From Chitinophagaceae bacterium (lineage in GTDB: Bacteria; Bacteroidota; Bacteroidia; Chitinophagales; Chitinophagaceae), in contig JAKFCE010000006.1 of assembly GCA_036676905.1 (NCBI GenBank), positions 235,402 to 299,401 of the forward strand: a DNA stretch of 64,000 bases. The letters are read 5' to 3'. Position 1 is the first letter of the stretch. Each line of letters opens with the position of its first letter. Positions 17,796 to 27,450 of this stretch are shown here, piece by piece. The translations under genes and the position numbers were made by a program. The notes under the pieces are model-generated. The model was not told where the DNA came from. It was given only the letters and a program-made list of their open reading frames with translations, and did not search any database.

Positions 17796-18523
17796 AACCC
17801 TCGAAGCCCTCCATACTGCTGGTAGAAGATGAAGAGAACCTTCATGCTACGCTCAAACTGAACCTGGAGCTGGAAGGTTACGAGGTCACTTCCGCCTTTG
17901 ACGGGCTGGCTGCCATGAAGGCCGTGAAGGAAGAATATTTCGACCTGATCATCATGGACATCATGCTGCCGGAAGCAGATGGGATCACGGTGATACAAAA
18001 CATCAGGCTTACCAATTCAGAAGTGCCCATCCTCATCCTGAGCGCGAAAAATCACAGCGAGGACAGGGTGCTGGGATTGAAAAAAGGCGCCGATGATTAT
18101 CTTACCAAGCCTTTCAACCTCGAAGAGCTCCTGCTGCGTTTGTCGAAGCTGATAGAAAAGAACCAGCGGCTGCAGAAGCGCCCTACGCTGGGCGATGTTT
18201 ATCATTTCGGCGGACATACCATCGACTTCAAAGCACAGGAAGCTATTACGGCATCCGGCGAGAAGATCGAGCTCAGTAAAAAAGAGACCATGCTGCTGAA
18301 GCTATTGGTGGAGAACAAAAACGAAGTGGTGCCCAGGGAAAAGATCCTGCAGTCGGTCTGGGGCTACAACGTATACCCCACTACCCGCACGATCGATAAT
18401 TTCATTCTCAACTTCAGGAAATATTTCGAGGCCGACAGCCGCAACCCCCGCTATTTTCATTCAGTACGTGGCGTGGGTTATAAATACACCAACAACGAAG
18501 AGGATCAAAGATCGCCTGCCTGA
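17792..18523 (+). CDS. OmpR/PhoB-type response regulator
   Basis: Receiver domain (ILLVEDEE..DLIIMDIMLPEADG..LSAK) plus winged-helix output (RTIDNFILNFRKYFE..VRGVGYKY). ATGA overlap with the kinase gene. Confidence 0.9.
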   Translation: MKPSKPSILLVEDEENLHATLKLNLELEGYEVTSAFDGLAAMKAVKEEYFDLIIMDIMLPEADGITVIQNIRLTNSEVPILILSAKNHSEDRVLGLKKGADDYLTKPFNLEELLLRLSKLIEKNQRLQKRPTLGDVYHFGGHTIDFKAQEAITASGEKIELSKKETMLLKLLVENKNEVVPREKILQSVWGYNVYPTTRTIDNFILNFRKYFEADSRNPRYFHSVRGVGYKYTNNEEDQRSPA

Positions 18524-19203
18524 GGACGGATGACGATCTGTTCTACAGTAGCCTGCGGGGATAACTCGCTCGCGTTGTAGATCAGCGAAGCGATGTCGCC
18601 TGCTTCCATGATCCGCGATGGCTCCACGGATCCTTTCCAGCTATCGGTATATACGGCCCCGGGGATGATCGCAGTTACTTTGATATTGTGCGGCATCATT
18701 TCCTTTCTCAGGTTCTTGGTGAAACCCAGCAGGGCAAACTTGCTGATGCTGTAAGCGCCCCCGTTGGGATAGGCATCCAGTGCCGCGATGGAGCAGATGG
18801 TAAAGATATGTCCGCGCCTGCGGGCCATCATCATGGGCAGAAGGCTCCGGGTGACATGATAAGCACTATAGAGATTTACGTTCAGCATGGTTTCCAGGGC
18901 TCCATCCGGTTCTTCTGAAATATTTCCCGGTACAAAGGTGCCCGCATTGTTCACGAGAATATCCACTTCTTTCGCCCTGGCTTTCACCCAGTCGCCAAAA
19001 GCTATCGCTTCCGCCTTCACGCCCAGGTCAAAGGCCTTGCCCTCCACCCGCAGCTGCGGAAATTCCTCCCTTAGCTCGCTCATGGCCTGCTCCAGCACAT
19101 CGGCCTTGCGGGAACAGAGGAAGAGCTCGTTACCCTGTTTGGCAAACACCCTAGCTACTTCCTTCCCAATTCCCCGGGACGCCCCTGTAATGACCACCTT
19201 CAT
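18505..19203 (-). CDS. Short-chain dehydrogenase/reductase (SDR) family oxidoreductase
   Basis: VVITGASRGIGKE cofactor motif, NNAG, and YSISK (YxxxK). Confidence 0.85.
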   Translation of the reverse strand: MKVVITGASRGIGKEVARVFAKQGNELFLCSRKADVLEQAMSELREEFPQLRVEGKAFDLGVKAEAIAFGDWVKARAKEVDILVNNAGTFVPGNISEEPDGALETMLNVNLYSAYHVTRSLLPMMMARRRGHIFTICSIAALDAYPNGGAYSISKFALLGFTKNLRKEMMPHNIKVTAIIPGAVYTDSWKGSVEPSRIMEAGDIASLIYNASELSPQATVEQIVIRPQAGDL

Positions 19204-19278
19204 GCTTTAGTTTTTTCTTTAGAACAAAATAAGAATATTTGTACAACCTCGACGGACCAAAGATGGGAAGGAGCTGCG

Positions 19279-19974
19279 ATGAAGTACAAACAAATATTTT
19301 TCGACCTCGATCATACTTTATGGGATTTTGACGCCAACGCAAGGCAAACCCTGCAACAAATGCATGTGGACCTGAAGCTGGTGGAAAGAGGCGTGCATGA
19401 CTTTGATCTTTTTCACAAGACCTACCTGCAGCACAATGAAAAATTGTGGGAGCGGTACAGGAAGGGATTCATCAGGCAGGATGAGCTCAGGCTCAAGCGC
19501 ATGTGGCTTTGCCTGGTAGACTTTAAAATCCCCGATGAGGATCTGGCCCGGGAAATGAGCGATCTTTTCCTGCAGCTCCTCCCTACCTGCACTATACTTT
19601 TCCCCAACACGCTGGAAGTGCTTCAATACCTGAGGGATAAAGGCTACAAGATGTCGCTGATCACCAACGGCTTTGAAAAAACACAACATAGCAAGCTAAA
19701 GAGTTCCGGGCTGCATGTATTTTTTGAACACGTGGTGACCTCGGAAGGCAGCAACAGCCTGAAGCCCCAGAAAGAGATCTTCGATTATGCACTGCATCTT
19801 ACAGGATCTACCGCTTCTGAAAGTATCATGATCGGCGATAGTCTCGATGTGGACATTGCGGGAGCGATCACGGCGGGGATGGACCAGGTACACGTGAATT
19901 TTACCTGTGCAGAACAGCATATCCGCCCCACCTATACCATCAAAAATTTAGCGGAGCTTAAAAACATCCTATAA
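19279..19974 (+). CDS. HAD superfamily hydrolase (YjjG-like nucleotidase subfamily)
   Basis: IFFDLDHTLWDF motif I, SLITNG motif II and GDSLDVDIAGA motif IV. Confidence 0.85.
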   Translation: MKYKQIFFDLDHTLWDFDANARQTLQQMHVDLKLVERGVHDFDLFHKTYLQHNEKLWERYRKGFIRQDELRLKRMWLCLVDFKIPDEDLAREMSDLFLQLLPTCTILFPNTLEVLQYLRDKGYKMSLITNGFEKTQHSKLKSSGLHVFFEHVVTSEGSNSLKPQKEIFDYALHLTGSTASESIMIGDSLDVDIAGAITAGMDQVHVNFTCAEQHIRPTYTIKNLAELKNIL

Positions 19975-19994
19975 AAAAGCCTCCCGAAGGAGGC
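19971..19994 (-). terminator. Intrinsic terminator of the 55-codon ORF (may also serve the convergent HAD gene)
   Basis: GCCTCC-CGAA-GGAGGC hairpin at 19979-19994. On the minus strand it is followed by TTTTTTAT. Confidence 0.6.
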
Positions 19995-20000
19995 AGAATT

Positions 20001-20168
20001 TCATCCGAAGAAAAAGCAACTGCTTTTTTTCCTGGAGCAATCTTTTTTCTTCTCCATCTTTTGTTCCTTTTTCACCACCTGGCTTTCAGATTTGTCCGCC
20101 AGCATGGCTGCTGTCACGGCAACTGTAGTCAGTAAGCCGGCGGCCAGGACGAATAGAGATTTTTTCAT
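20001..20168 (-). CDS. Untracked small ORF (55 aa), predicted secreted Lys-rich peptide
   Basis: ATG at 20166-20168 and TGA at 20001-20003. Product is MKKSLFVLAAGLLTTVAVTAAMLADKSESQVVKKEQKMEKKKDCSRKKSSCFFFG. It is followed on its own strand by hairpin 19979-19994 plus a T-tract. It falls below the 60-aa cut-off of the ORF track. Confidence 0.4.
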   Translation of the reverse strand: MKKSLFVLAAGLLTTVAVTAAMLADKSESQVVKKEQKMEKKKDCSRKKSSCFFFG

Positions 20169-20224
20169 GGTAAAGACATTTACTTAAAGTTATTATCAAT
20201 CAAGCGGGAATCCACCTGATGAGC

Positions 20225-20881
20225 TTACCATTTTCCAAGAACGGTAACGCCGCCCTTTACCTTCTGGTTGATCTTGACTTCGATCTTTGCGTCCAGCGGC
20301 AGCACCAGGTCCACCCGGGAACCGAACTTGATGAATCCCATTTCGCTTCCCTGCGTTACCTGGTCGCCGGGCTTCAGGTAATTCACGATCCTTTTCGCCA
20401 GTGCGCCGGCGATCTGCTTCACCAGCACTTCTTTGCCATCTTTGCGATAGACCACGGAATGTCTTTCGTTCTCGGTAGATGATTTGGGATGCCAGGCCAC
20501 CAGGTATTTACCGGGGTGGTACTTGCTATACACCACTTCGCCTGAAACTGGATTGCGGTTCACGTGCACATTGAGCGGGCTCATGAATATGGAAAGCTGC
20601 AATCTCTTGTCAGAAAAATATTCATCGGGCTGTACTTCTTCCATCACCACTACCGTTCCATCGCAGGGAGCAACGATCAGGTCTTCACCTTCGGAATGCT
20701 TCCTTGATGGAATACGGAAAAACGAGAGGATGAATACCAGCAGCACCGCCGTGGCGATCATGACCACCCATCCTACGACAGGATAACGGGCTGTGATAAA
20801 AAACAAGGTCACCAGGTTAATGACGGCTACGACTACGATCGTGATCAGGATGGTTGCCAGGCCTTCTTTGTGAATCTTCAT
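20225..20881 (-). CDS. psd: Phosphatidylserine decarboxylase proenzyme (short, membrane-anchored type)
   Basis: 218 aa. N-terminal TM helices, and a C-terminal GFIKFGSRVDL containing the G-S self-cleavage site. Confidence 0.9.
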   Translation of the reverse strand: MKIHKEGLATILITIVVVAVINLVTLFFITARYPVVGWVVMIATAVLLVFILSFFRIPSRKHSEGEDLIVAPCDGTVVVMEEVQPDEYFSDKRLQLSIFMSPLNVHVNRNPVSGEVVYSKYHPGKYLVAWHPKSSTENERHSVVYRKDGKEVLVKQIAGALAKRIVNYLKPGDQVTQGSEMGFIKFGSRVDLVLPLDAKIEVKINQKVKGGVTVLGKW

Positions 20882-20927
20882 AAGAAATTAAACAATAAAA
20901 ATAATGCCTTGGCCGCTCTGTATGAAA

Positions 20928-21788
20928 TCAAATAAAGAGATAGGCATAGAACCAAACAGCAGTGGAGGCAAATAAGAGAGAATCAAACCTGTCCAGGAAG
21001 CCTCCATGGCCGGGCATGAAGCTACCGCTGTCCTTCACACCGGCGAGACGCTTGAGCTTACTTTCAAACAGGTCGCCATAAGTGCCTGCCACCGCGGCGA
21101 TGGCTGCGATTGCGCCTGCGTGAATCACTTCCAGCCTGCCGGTTACATAAGCCAGCCAGCACATGAAGGCCACAGCGAGCAAAGCGCCACCGATGGTGCC
21201 CTCCCAGGTCTTGTTAGGCGAAACGGCAGACAACCTCGTTTTGCCGACCAGGGAGCCTACGATGTAGGCCATGGTGTCGTTCACCCAGATCGAAAAGATC
21301 ACCAGCAAGGGAATGGTGAGGTTCAGCTGGTACTGCTCTTCCATCCAGCGGCTTCTGAGATTGATAAGCAGGGCGAGGCTGAGTGAAATATAAAGCAGAC
21401 CAGAGAGCGAATAACCGAGATTTTTCAGGAAAAAATTGCGCGCTGTCACCAGCTGCACCATGGGGAAGAGCAGCAGGAAGATCAGGCCCAGCCACCAGGC
21501 GATCTCGTTCATACGGATCCCCTGGATCATCAGCTCGCTTTCGGAGAAAAAAAGCATCAGGAACCAGCCTGCGATCATTACGCCGTAACGGTGAAAGCCA
21601 TTGATTCTGGCATAATCGGGATTGAACTTCGTTACCAGCTTCTGGTATTCTACCCAGCAGCCAAAATGAATAATGCTGAATAAAACAAAGAACGACCATT
21701 GGTGCCAAAGCATGCCTACACCCATCACCAGTACGAATACCACTGCGGTGAGTGCACGTTTTCTGAATGACCTGATATTAAATGCCAT
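20928..21788 (-). CDS. cdsA: Phosphatidate cytidylyltransferase
   Basis: Polytopic membrane protein with the CdsA signature SKLKRLAGVKDSGSFMPGHGGFLDRFDS. Confidence 0.9.
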   Translation of the reverse strand: MAFNIRSFRKRALTAVVFVLVMGVGMLWHQWSFFVLFSIIHFGCWVEYQKLVTKFNPDYARINGFHRYGVMIAGWFLMLFFSESELMIQGIRMNEIAWWLGLIFLLLFPMVQLVTARNFFLKNLGYSLSGLLYISLSLALLINLRSRWMEEQYQLNLTIPLLVIFSIWVNDTMAYIVGSLVGKTRLSAVSPNKTWEGTIGGALLAVAFMCWLAYVTGRLEVIHAGAIAAIAAVAGTYGDLFESKLKRLAGVKDSGSFMPGHGGFLDRFDSLLFASTAVWFYAYLFI

Positions 21789-21790
21789 AG

Positions 21791-22750
21791 TTATTGCCCC
21801 TGGGTCTTTTCCTCCGGCGGAAAGTCGCCATCGTAAATTTCATTGTAGCTGGCTGCAGAATTCTTTTTCATGAGCCATAGCAACGCCGCTATAATGACTG
21901 CACTTACCAACGCCATGATGGCGATCGACGACCGGTCGATCACCGTAGCCTGTGGATCATTCACCAGGTGGGGATTGAAATAAGCCAGGGTGATGAAAAA
22001 AGCGTCGTAAACAAAATGCGCCAGGATGGCCGTCCATAAGCTGCCGCTGTACCAGTACAGGGCACCCAGCAGGATGCCTAATAAAAAGCGTGGTAAAAAT
22101 CCGAAGAACTGCATGTGAAAAAAAGAGAACAGGAAGGCGGCTATGATGATGCCCGCCCATGGACTTTTAAAGCCACGGATCAACAAACGCTGTATGATGC
22201 CGCGGAATACCAGCTCCTCGCCAACGGCGGCAAATACGGCAATGAAGATGATGTTCATCACAAGGTCGGTTACGGTGCTCCTTCCCAGCAGCAGCTTCAG
22301 GGTGCGCGCTGCTTCTTCCTCCATGCCCGTGATCCATTTCATGGTAGATTCATCGAAAGGGAACTGGCGGTTCAGGTGGCCCGTGAATTCCACCAGGGGA
22401 ACTGCCAGGATCAGGATGCCCACCGCTATCAGCCAGTACACATGATTGGAAGGCGGCTTCAGGCCCAGGTATTTTGCAGGCTGGGGATCGGAGAAATAAG
22501 CAAAGAGCAAAGATGGGATCAGGAACAAGCCCAAAAACTGGAGAAGCATGAGTCCGCGCAACATGGTCACCAGCCTGTCGTCACCCAGGTTCCATTTGGA
22601 AGGATCGTCCATCTCCAGGAAGCTGATGCCGGTGATCTGTGTGAGGATGATCCCTCCGACCAGGAAGAAGACCATCACCAGCCCCATGGCCATGCCAATG
22701 AACAGTAAAAGCTGGATCCAGACCGGCCTCGATTTAAGATATGTTTGCAT
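21791..22750 (-). CDS. CPBP family intramembrane glutamic endopeptidase (CAAX protease-like)
   Basis: EELVFRG, FSFFH and AHFVYD motifs. Start moved to ATG 22748-22750 (MQTYLKSRPVWIQLLLF). Confidence 0.85.
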   Translation of the reverse strand: MQTYLKSRPVWIQLLLFIGMAMGLVMVFFLVGGIILTQITGISFLEMDDPSKWNLGDDRLVTMLRGLMLLQFLGLFLIPSLLFAYFSDPQPAKYLGLKPPSNHVYWLIAVGILILAVPLVEFTGHLNRQFPFDESTMKWITGMEEEAARTLKLLLGRSTVTDLVMNIIFIAVFAAVGEELVFRGIIQRLLIRGFKSPWAGIIIAAFLFSFFHMQFFGFLPRFLLGILLGALYWYSGSLWTAILAHFVYDAFFITLAYFNPHLVNDPQATVIDRSSIAIMALVSAVIIAALLWLMKKNSAASYNEIYDGDFPPEEKTQGQ

Positions 22751-22813
22751 AATCCTCCGTTTGCGCGTTGTACTTTTGCGGGTCGAAGATAATACCACAA
22801 ACACATTGAAAGC

Positions 22814-23848
22814 TTGGTCCGTATTGGCAACATAACATTACCTGATTTTCCCCTGCTGCTGGCGCCTATGGAAGATGTGAGCGATCCTCCTTTCCGATCG
22901 GTTTGCAAAGCCAATGGGGCCGACCTGATGTACACCGAATTCATCAGCAGCGAGGGTTTGATCCGTGATGCCATCAAAAGCAGGCAAAAGCTCGACATCT
23001 TTGACGCGGAAAGACCCGTAGGCATCCAGATCTTTGGAGGTGATGAAGAAGCCATGGCCATGGCGGCCAGGATCGTAGATACCACGCAGCCCGACCTCGT
23101 GGACATCAACTTTGGCTGCCCGGTGAAAAAAGTAGTGACCAAAGGCGCAGGCGCTGCCGTGTTGAAAGATGTGGACCTCATGGTGAGACTGACCAAAGCT
23201 GTGATCAGATCCACCAGCCTGCCCGTGACAGTAAAGACCAGGCTGGGTTGGGACGATGACACCATCAACATCTCTGAAGTAGCGGAAAGACTGCAGGACG
23301 CCGGCATCAGCGCGCTGGCCATCCATGGTCGCACACGCTGCCAGCTGTATAAAGGCTCGGCCAACTGGTCGCACATTGGCGAGGTAAAAAACAACCCGCG
23401 CATCACCATCCCTATTTTTGGCAATGGCGATATCGATTCTCCTGAGAAAGCTTTGGAATTTAAGAACCGCTATGGCGTGGATGGTGTGATGATCGGCCGC
23501 GCGGCCATTGGTTATCCCTGGATCTTCAACGAGATCAAACATTTTGTGGCCACAGGATCGCACCTGCCTCCGCCTTCCATCAGTCAAAGAGTGGATGTGA
23601 TCCGCCAGCACCTGCATTATTCTGTGCAATGGAAGGGACCGAAAGCCGGCATCAACGAAATGCGCAGGCACTATACAAATTATCTCAAGGGCTTGCCCAA
23701 TATCAAGGAATTCCGCGGCAGGCTGGTGACCTTATCCGAAGTGGAGGCCATCGATGAAGTGCTCAGGGAGATCAGCAGCCATTACGCGGGCTACGAATTC
23801 CCCGTGAGAAAGATGGACATGGAAGCCATGGCCTACTCTTGTGACTGA
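22814..23848 (+). CDS. dusB: tRNA-dihydrouridine synthase
   Basis: LLLAPMEDVSDPPFR, INFGCP and AIHGRT motifs of the Dus family. TTG start, so the exact start is uncertain. Confidence 0.9.
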   Translation: MVRIGNITLPDFPLLLAPMEDVSDPPFRSVCKANGADLMYTEFISSEGLIRDAIKSRQKLDIFDAERPVGIQIFGGDEEAMAMAARIVDTTQPDLVDINFGCPVKKVVTKGAGAAVLKDVDLMVRLTKAVIRSTSLPVTVKTRLGWDDDTINISEVAERLQDAGISALAIHGRTRCQLYKGSANWSHIGEVKNNPRITIPIFGNGDIDSPEKALEFKNRYGVDGVMIGRAAIGYPWIFNEIKHFVATGSHLPPPSISQRVDVIRQHLHYSVQWKGPKAGINEMRRHYTNYLKGLPNIKEFRGRLVTLSEVEAIDEVLREISSHYAGYEFPVRKMDMEAMAYSCD

Positions 23849-24111
23849 TTCATTCCCCTGCTTAACGGCCTTCTTACGAGCGCCACAACAGATACGATCA
23901 TCCACGTGCCCTCCAGCACCACGAAGGGCCAGTAAGCAATGAGGTAGGAGGCCAGGCAGGCCAGCGCCGCACCCACTGCATTCATCCAGTAATACAAGCT
24001 TCCTTGTCCATCCATCAGTTTAAAGCTGCTCAGGAAATAGGCGATCAGGATCAGCGCCACGCCCAGGATGCCTATGATATCGTTTACGTTCATGTTGGTA
24101 AGTATGATCAA
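23833..24111 (-). CDS. Small three-TM membrane protein, unknown function
   Basis: 92 aa, three hydrophobic helices. ATGA-type overlap with the upstream glutathione peroxidase gene. Confidence 0.5.
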   Translation of the reverse strand: MIILTNMNVNDIIGILGVALILIAYFLSSFKLMDGQGSLYYWMNAVGAALACLASYLIAYWPFVVLEGTWMIVSVVALVRRPLSRGMNQSQE

Positions 24112-24701
24112 CCAGGGTTCGAAAGCGCGCTCACCAGATTTGCATCCAGCGGCGAGATCGCCGGACCGAAAACATGCATCAGTTTGCCTTCTTCATCCAC
24201 CAGGTATTTTGTGAAATTCCAGACCGGCCTTTGCTCATTCCAGCCATTCAGCTCTTTTTGTGTCAGCCATTGAAAGACAGGATGCTGTTCTCCCCTCTTC
24301 CTCACTATGGATTTAGCAGCGATCGGGAAACCGACCCCATAATTTGTTCTGCAAAAGTCGGCGATCTCGGCATTGCTGCCTTTCTCCTGCTCTTTGAATT
24401 CGTTGGAAGGAAAGCCAATCACCAGCAGTTGCTCCCTGAATCGCTCAGACAGCGATTGCAGTTCCGCGTACTGCCTGGTAAATCCACAGTCGCTGGCGGT
24501 ATTGACAATCAGCAGCTTTTTACCCCGGAATCTTTCGAAAGAAAGATCGCCACCGTCAGCCAGCGGGGTCTTCATGGCGAAAATATCAGCTGAGGGGCCC
24601 AAGTTATCTTGATTGGATAAATGAATGCCTTTCTTGCCGCCGCTGCTGAGCCGCATCCACAGGGGGTAGGCCAACTTCAATATGATTTGCCTGGGCGTCA
24701 T
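24108..24701 (-). CDS. Glutathione peroxidase (Cys type)
   Basis: NTASDCGFTRQY active-site motif (Cys, not a TGA-encoded Sec), FPSNEF and WNFTKYLV motifs. Confidence 0.9.
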   Translation of the reverse strand: MTPRQIILKLAYPLWMRLSSGGKKGIHLSNQDNLGPSADIFAMKTPLADGGDLSFERFRGKKLLIVNTASDCGFTRQYAELQSLSERFREQLLVIGFPSNEFKEQEKGSNAEIADFCRTNYGVGFPIAAKSIVRKRGEQHPVFQWLTQKELNGWNEQRPVWNFTKYLVDEEGKLMHVFGPAISPLDANLVSALSNPG

Positions 24702-26074
24702 CAGCGAATGATCTTTTTGAAAAGATTCAGTTTCCCTTTGAATGGCGGGTATTTGATTGAGGGGTCAAACCAGGTAGGCGTCTTCATGACCGCTTTACGG
24801 TGACTGAAGGTATCAAAGCTGTATTTGCCGTGGTAAGCCCCGATACCACTGTTTCCACGCCCGCCGAATGGCAGGTGATAATTGGTGAGGTGCCAGGCCG
24901 CGTTGTTGATGCATCCGCCGCCGAAACTCACTTCCTTCATCCAGCGTTTTTCAATTTCTGCACTTTCAGTGAACAGGTAGAATGCGAGAGGATCGGGATT
25001 GCGGGCCACGATGGCCTTTGCTTCTTCAAAGCTCCTGAAGCTGATCACAGGAAGTAGGGGACCAAATATCTCCTCCTGCATGATGGGTGAGTCGGGATCC
25101 ACATCGGCAATGAGGGTAGGCCCTATCGTTTTCTTTTCATGGTCCACCTCGCCGCCAGCTACTACCCTTCCCTGCTTCAGGTAGCCCGACAACCTTTTCA
25201 TTGCCGGCTCGTTTACAATGCGGCCAAAATCCTTTTCGTGTTCTCCTCCATAAAATTTCAGGATCCAGTGCTGCAACTCCTTCTCCAGCTGAGCGCGTAC
25301 ATCTTCATGTACCAGCAGGTAATCGGGCGACACGCACATCTGTCCTGCATTGGAGAACTTCGTCAGGGCAATTCTTTTGGCTGCAATGCGGATGTTGGCG
25401 TCGGCCTCTACAATGCAGGGCGACTTTCCACCCAATTCCAGTGTGACCGGGATCAATTTTTCTGCAGCCTTTGCGTAAATGCTCTTACCCACATGGGTGC
25501 TGCCAGTAAAGAAAACATGATCGAAGCGAAAAGCATCCATCAGCCGGGGCACCACCGTGGCGCCCTCACCATTCACGCAGAGAATATATTCAGGAGCAAA
25601 AGTTTCGCTAATAAGCTTTGTCACCACTGCTGCCGTGGCAGGCGAGAATTCACCGGGCTTCATCACTACGGCGTTTCCGGCCGCAATGGCCCCTATCACC
25701 GGCGCCAGCAACAACTGCAGTGGATAGTTCCAGGGACCGATCACCAGCACCACGCCCAGCGGATCTTTATACAGCCTGCTGCGCGAAGGAAAGTTCAGCA
25801 GGTTGGTGGATACCCTTTCCGGTTTCATCCATTGGTGAAGATGTTTGAGCGTGTGGCTGATCTCAGCATGCACAAACCCGATCTCTGTTACCCAGGATTC
25901 TTCGGGCTGCTTGTTCAGATCGCTGCGCAGGGCTTCGAAGATCTCTGCTTCAAACTTTTTCAAAGCAGCCTGCAAGTTCTTCAGTTGCTTTTTTCGGAAA
26001 TCAACAGGCAGGGTGGCGCCCGATTGAAAGTATTGACGCATCCTGGCAAGTTGGCTGTCTATCCCCTCGTTCAT
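24701..26074 (-). CDS. NAD(P)-dependent aldehyde dehydrogenase (ALDH3-like)
   Basis: LELGGKSP and FSNAGQMCVSPDY (catalytic Cys) motifs. 457 aa. The stop shares one base with the GPx start (TGATG). Confidence 0.9.
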   Translation of the reverse strand: MNEGIDSQLARMRQYFQSGATLPVDFRKKQLKNLQAALKKFEAEIFEALRSDLNKQPEESWVTEIGFVHAEISHTLKHLHQWMKPERVSTNLLNFPSRSRLYKDPLGVVLVIGPWNYPLQLLLAPVIGAIAAGNAVVMKPGEFSPATAAVVTKLISETFAPEYILCVNGEGATVVPRLMDAFRFDHVFFTGSTHVGKSIYAKAAEKLIPVTLELGGKSPCIVEADANIRIAAKRIALTKFSNAGQMCVSPDYLLVHEDVRAQLEKELQHWILKFYGGEHEKDFGRIVNEPAMKRLSGYLKQGRVVAGGEVDHEKKTIGPTLIADVDPDSPIMQEEIFGPLLPVISFRSFEEAKAIVARNPDPLAFYLFTESAEIEKRWMKEVSFGGGCINNAAWHLTNYHLPFGGRGNSGIGAYHGKYSFDTFSHRKAVMKTPTWFDPSIKYPPFKGKLNLFKKIIR

Positions 26075-26169
26075 TGAGCATGAAGTTACTTAAGCGCTGA
26101 TAGAGTTGATAAGGAAAGGCCAAGAACCTTTGCCCCTGAGCATTACCAACACAACTGCAGGCTGTTCCC

Positions 26170-26200
26170 TTGTTAACTAGTCAACTTGTCAACTACTCAC
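26170..26200 (-). repeat. Octamer array NNGTYRAC joined to a GTGAGTAG unit
   Basis: The minus strand reads GTGAGTAG TTGACAAG TTGACTAG TTAACAAG. The TGA stop of the lipoprotein gene (26197-26199) is inside the first unit. Confidence 0.8.
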
Positions 26201-26478
26201 TGCTTCATCGTGTCTATCCGTGCAGGATCATGGGGCGTGCTTTTCCGAGAGGCCGGAGGCGTGGGTTTGGAAGAACCATCCTTTGGCAGGTTGGAAGTAG
26301 TGGTATCCGTGCTGTAAGTGCCTGTGTTCGTATTGATATGTCCGGCCGTATCACCTGCATTGTTGGTCAAAGTATCAACCGGGAAACTGGTAGTGTCGGT
26401 ATCTGCATCGCCATCTGTAGCGTTGTTGCAGGCGCCCAGCATCATCGTTCCCAGTACCAAAGCAAAAATCCTTTTCAT
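26197..26478 (-). CDS. Low-complexity T/D/N-rich lipoprotein, unknown function
   Basis: Start moved to ATG 26476-26478 (MKRIFALVLGTMMLGAC lipobox). The stop TGA 26197-26199 lies inside an oligo-repeat array. Confidence 0.5.
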   Translation of the reverse strand: MKRIFALVLGTMMLGACNNATDGDADTDTTSFPVDTLTNNAGDTAGHINTNTGTYSTDTTTSNLPKDGSSKPTPPASRKSTPHDPARIDTMKQ

Positions 26479-26495
26479 GATCTGTTTTCCTGCAG

Positions 26496-27392
26496 TCAAG
26501 CAATTCCTTTGCCACGCACTGAACTGATGACCTCCATAACGTCGGCAAATCCGTTCACATACAAGGATAAATGGCCCTCTCCTTCGCGGTAATGCATCAC
26601 AGATCCGGGCACCAGTTGTTCAACCGCTTCTGCGTGTAGACTGATCACCGACATATCCAGCTTGCCCCACCAATAATGAACAGGGATCCTGATGCCGGCC
26701 AGGCTGAATCCCAGTGGCCGGTAATAACCTTTCGCTTCATACACGGCCCCCTTAGCCCCATTTTTTACCGACTCCTTCATGGAATACTGCGAGAGCCTGT
26801 CTAAGAGTTCCGGCTCACCGATCAGCTTATAATCAGCATAAGGTAGTCCTGTGACCCATTGGGGCACTGCACGCCTGACTTTTTTCTTGCTCAGCAGCCA
26901 CATGGAAGCCCGCAGCAACCAGGGCGTGCGGCGGGCAGTCCTGAAATACCATTTGTTCATGCCCATCATTTTTTCCACGTCCTGGTCGAAGGGCCGGCTA
27001 AAGCCACAAATGATATGACAGTCGGATATCCATCCGGGGAATTGGTGAGCGATCGCCAGTGCGTAGGGGCCTCCACCCGACCAGCACATCACCTGGCATG
27101 CAGGAATGGATAAGTGTTCACCCAGCTCACGGACATCGGAAGCGAAGGAAAGGAAATCGCCTTTGGGATTGAAATCAGATCCGCCCATACCCGGGCGGTC
27201 TATAGCGATCAGTCGTGAATCGGCAGCCAGCAGGATGGCGTCGATATCGATGCCATAGGTGGACAGGATCATGGGCTCCAGCCGGGAGCTGGGTGTGCCA
27301 TGGAAATAGAGGACGGGCTTACCGCTGGGCGGACCATAAAATGTATAAGCAAGCACGCGGCCATCTTTCAACCGGAATCTTTCTTCCTGCAT
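26496..27392 (-). CDS. Alpha/beta hydrolase fold protein
   Basis: HGTPSS oxyanion region and a nucleophile elbow CWSGGG. 298 aa. Confidence 0.8.
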   Translation of the reverse strand: MQEERFRLKDGRVLAYTFYGPPSGKPVLYFHGTPSSRLEPMILSTYGIDIDAILLAADSRLIAIDRPGMGGSDFNPKGDFLSFASDVRELGEHLSIPACQVMCWSGGGPYALAIAHQFPGWISDCHIICGFSRPFDQDVEKMMGMNKWYFRTARRTPWLLRASMWLLSKKKVRRAVPQWVTGLPYADYKLIGEPELLDRLSQYSMKESVKNGAKGAVYEAKGYYRPLGFSLAGIRIPVHYWWGKLDMSVISLHAEAVEQLVPGSVMHYREGEGHLSLYVNGFADVMEVISSVRGKGIA

Positions 27393-27450
27393 AGGGTGAA
27401 AATTACAATTAGCAGACCATCAAGGTGAAAGGTGAAATGATACTCCTTTA

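Noticed and set aside
20192-20203. TATTATCAATC 11-mer shared with 38330-38340
   Set aside because: Hundreds of exact 11-mer matches are expected by chance in 64 kb on both strands. There is no flanking similarity.
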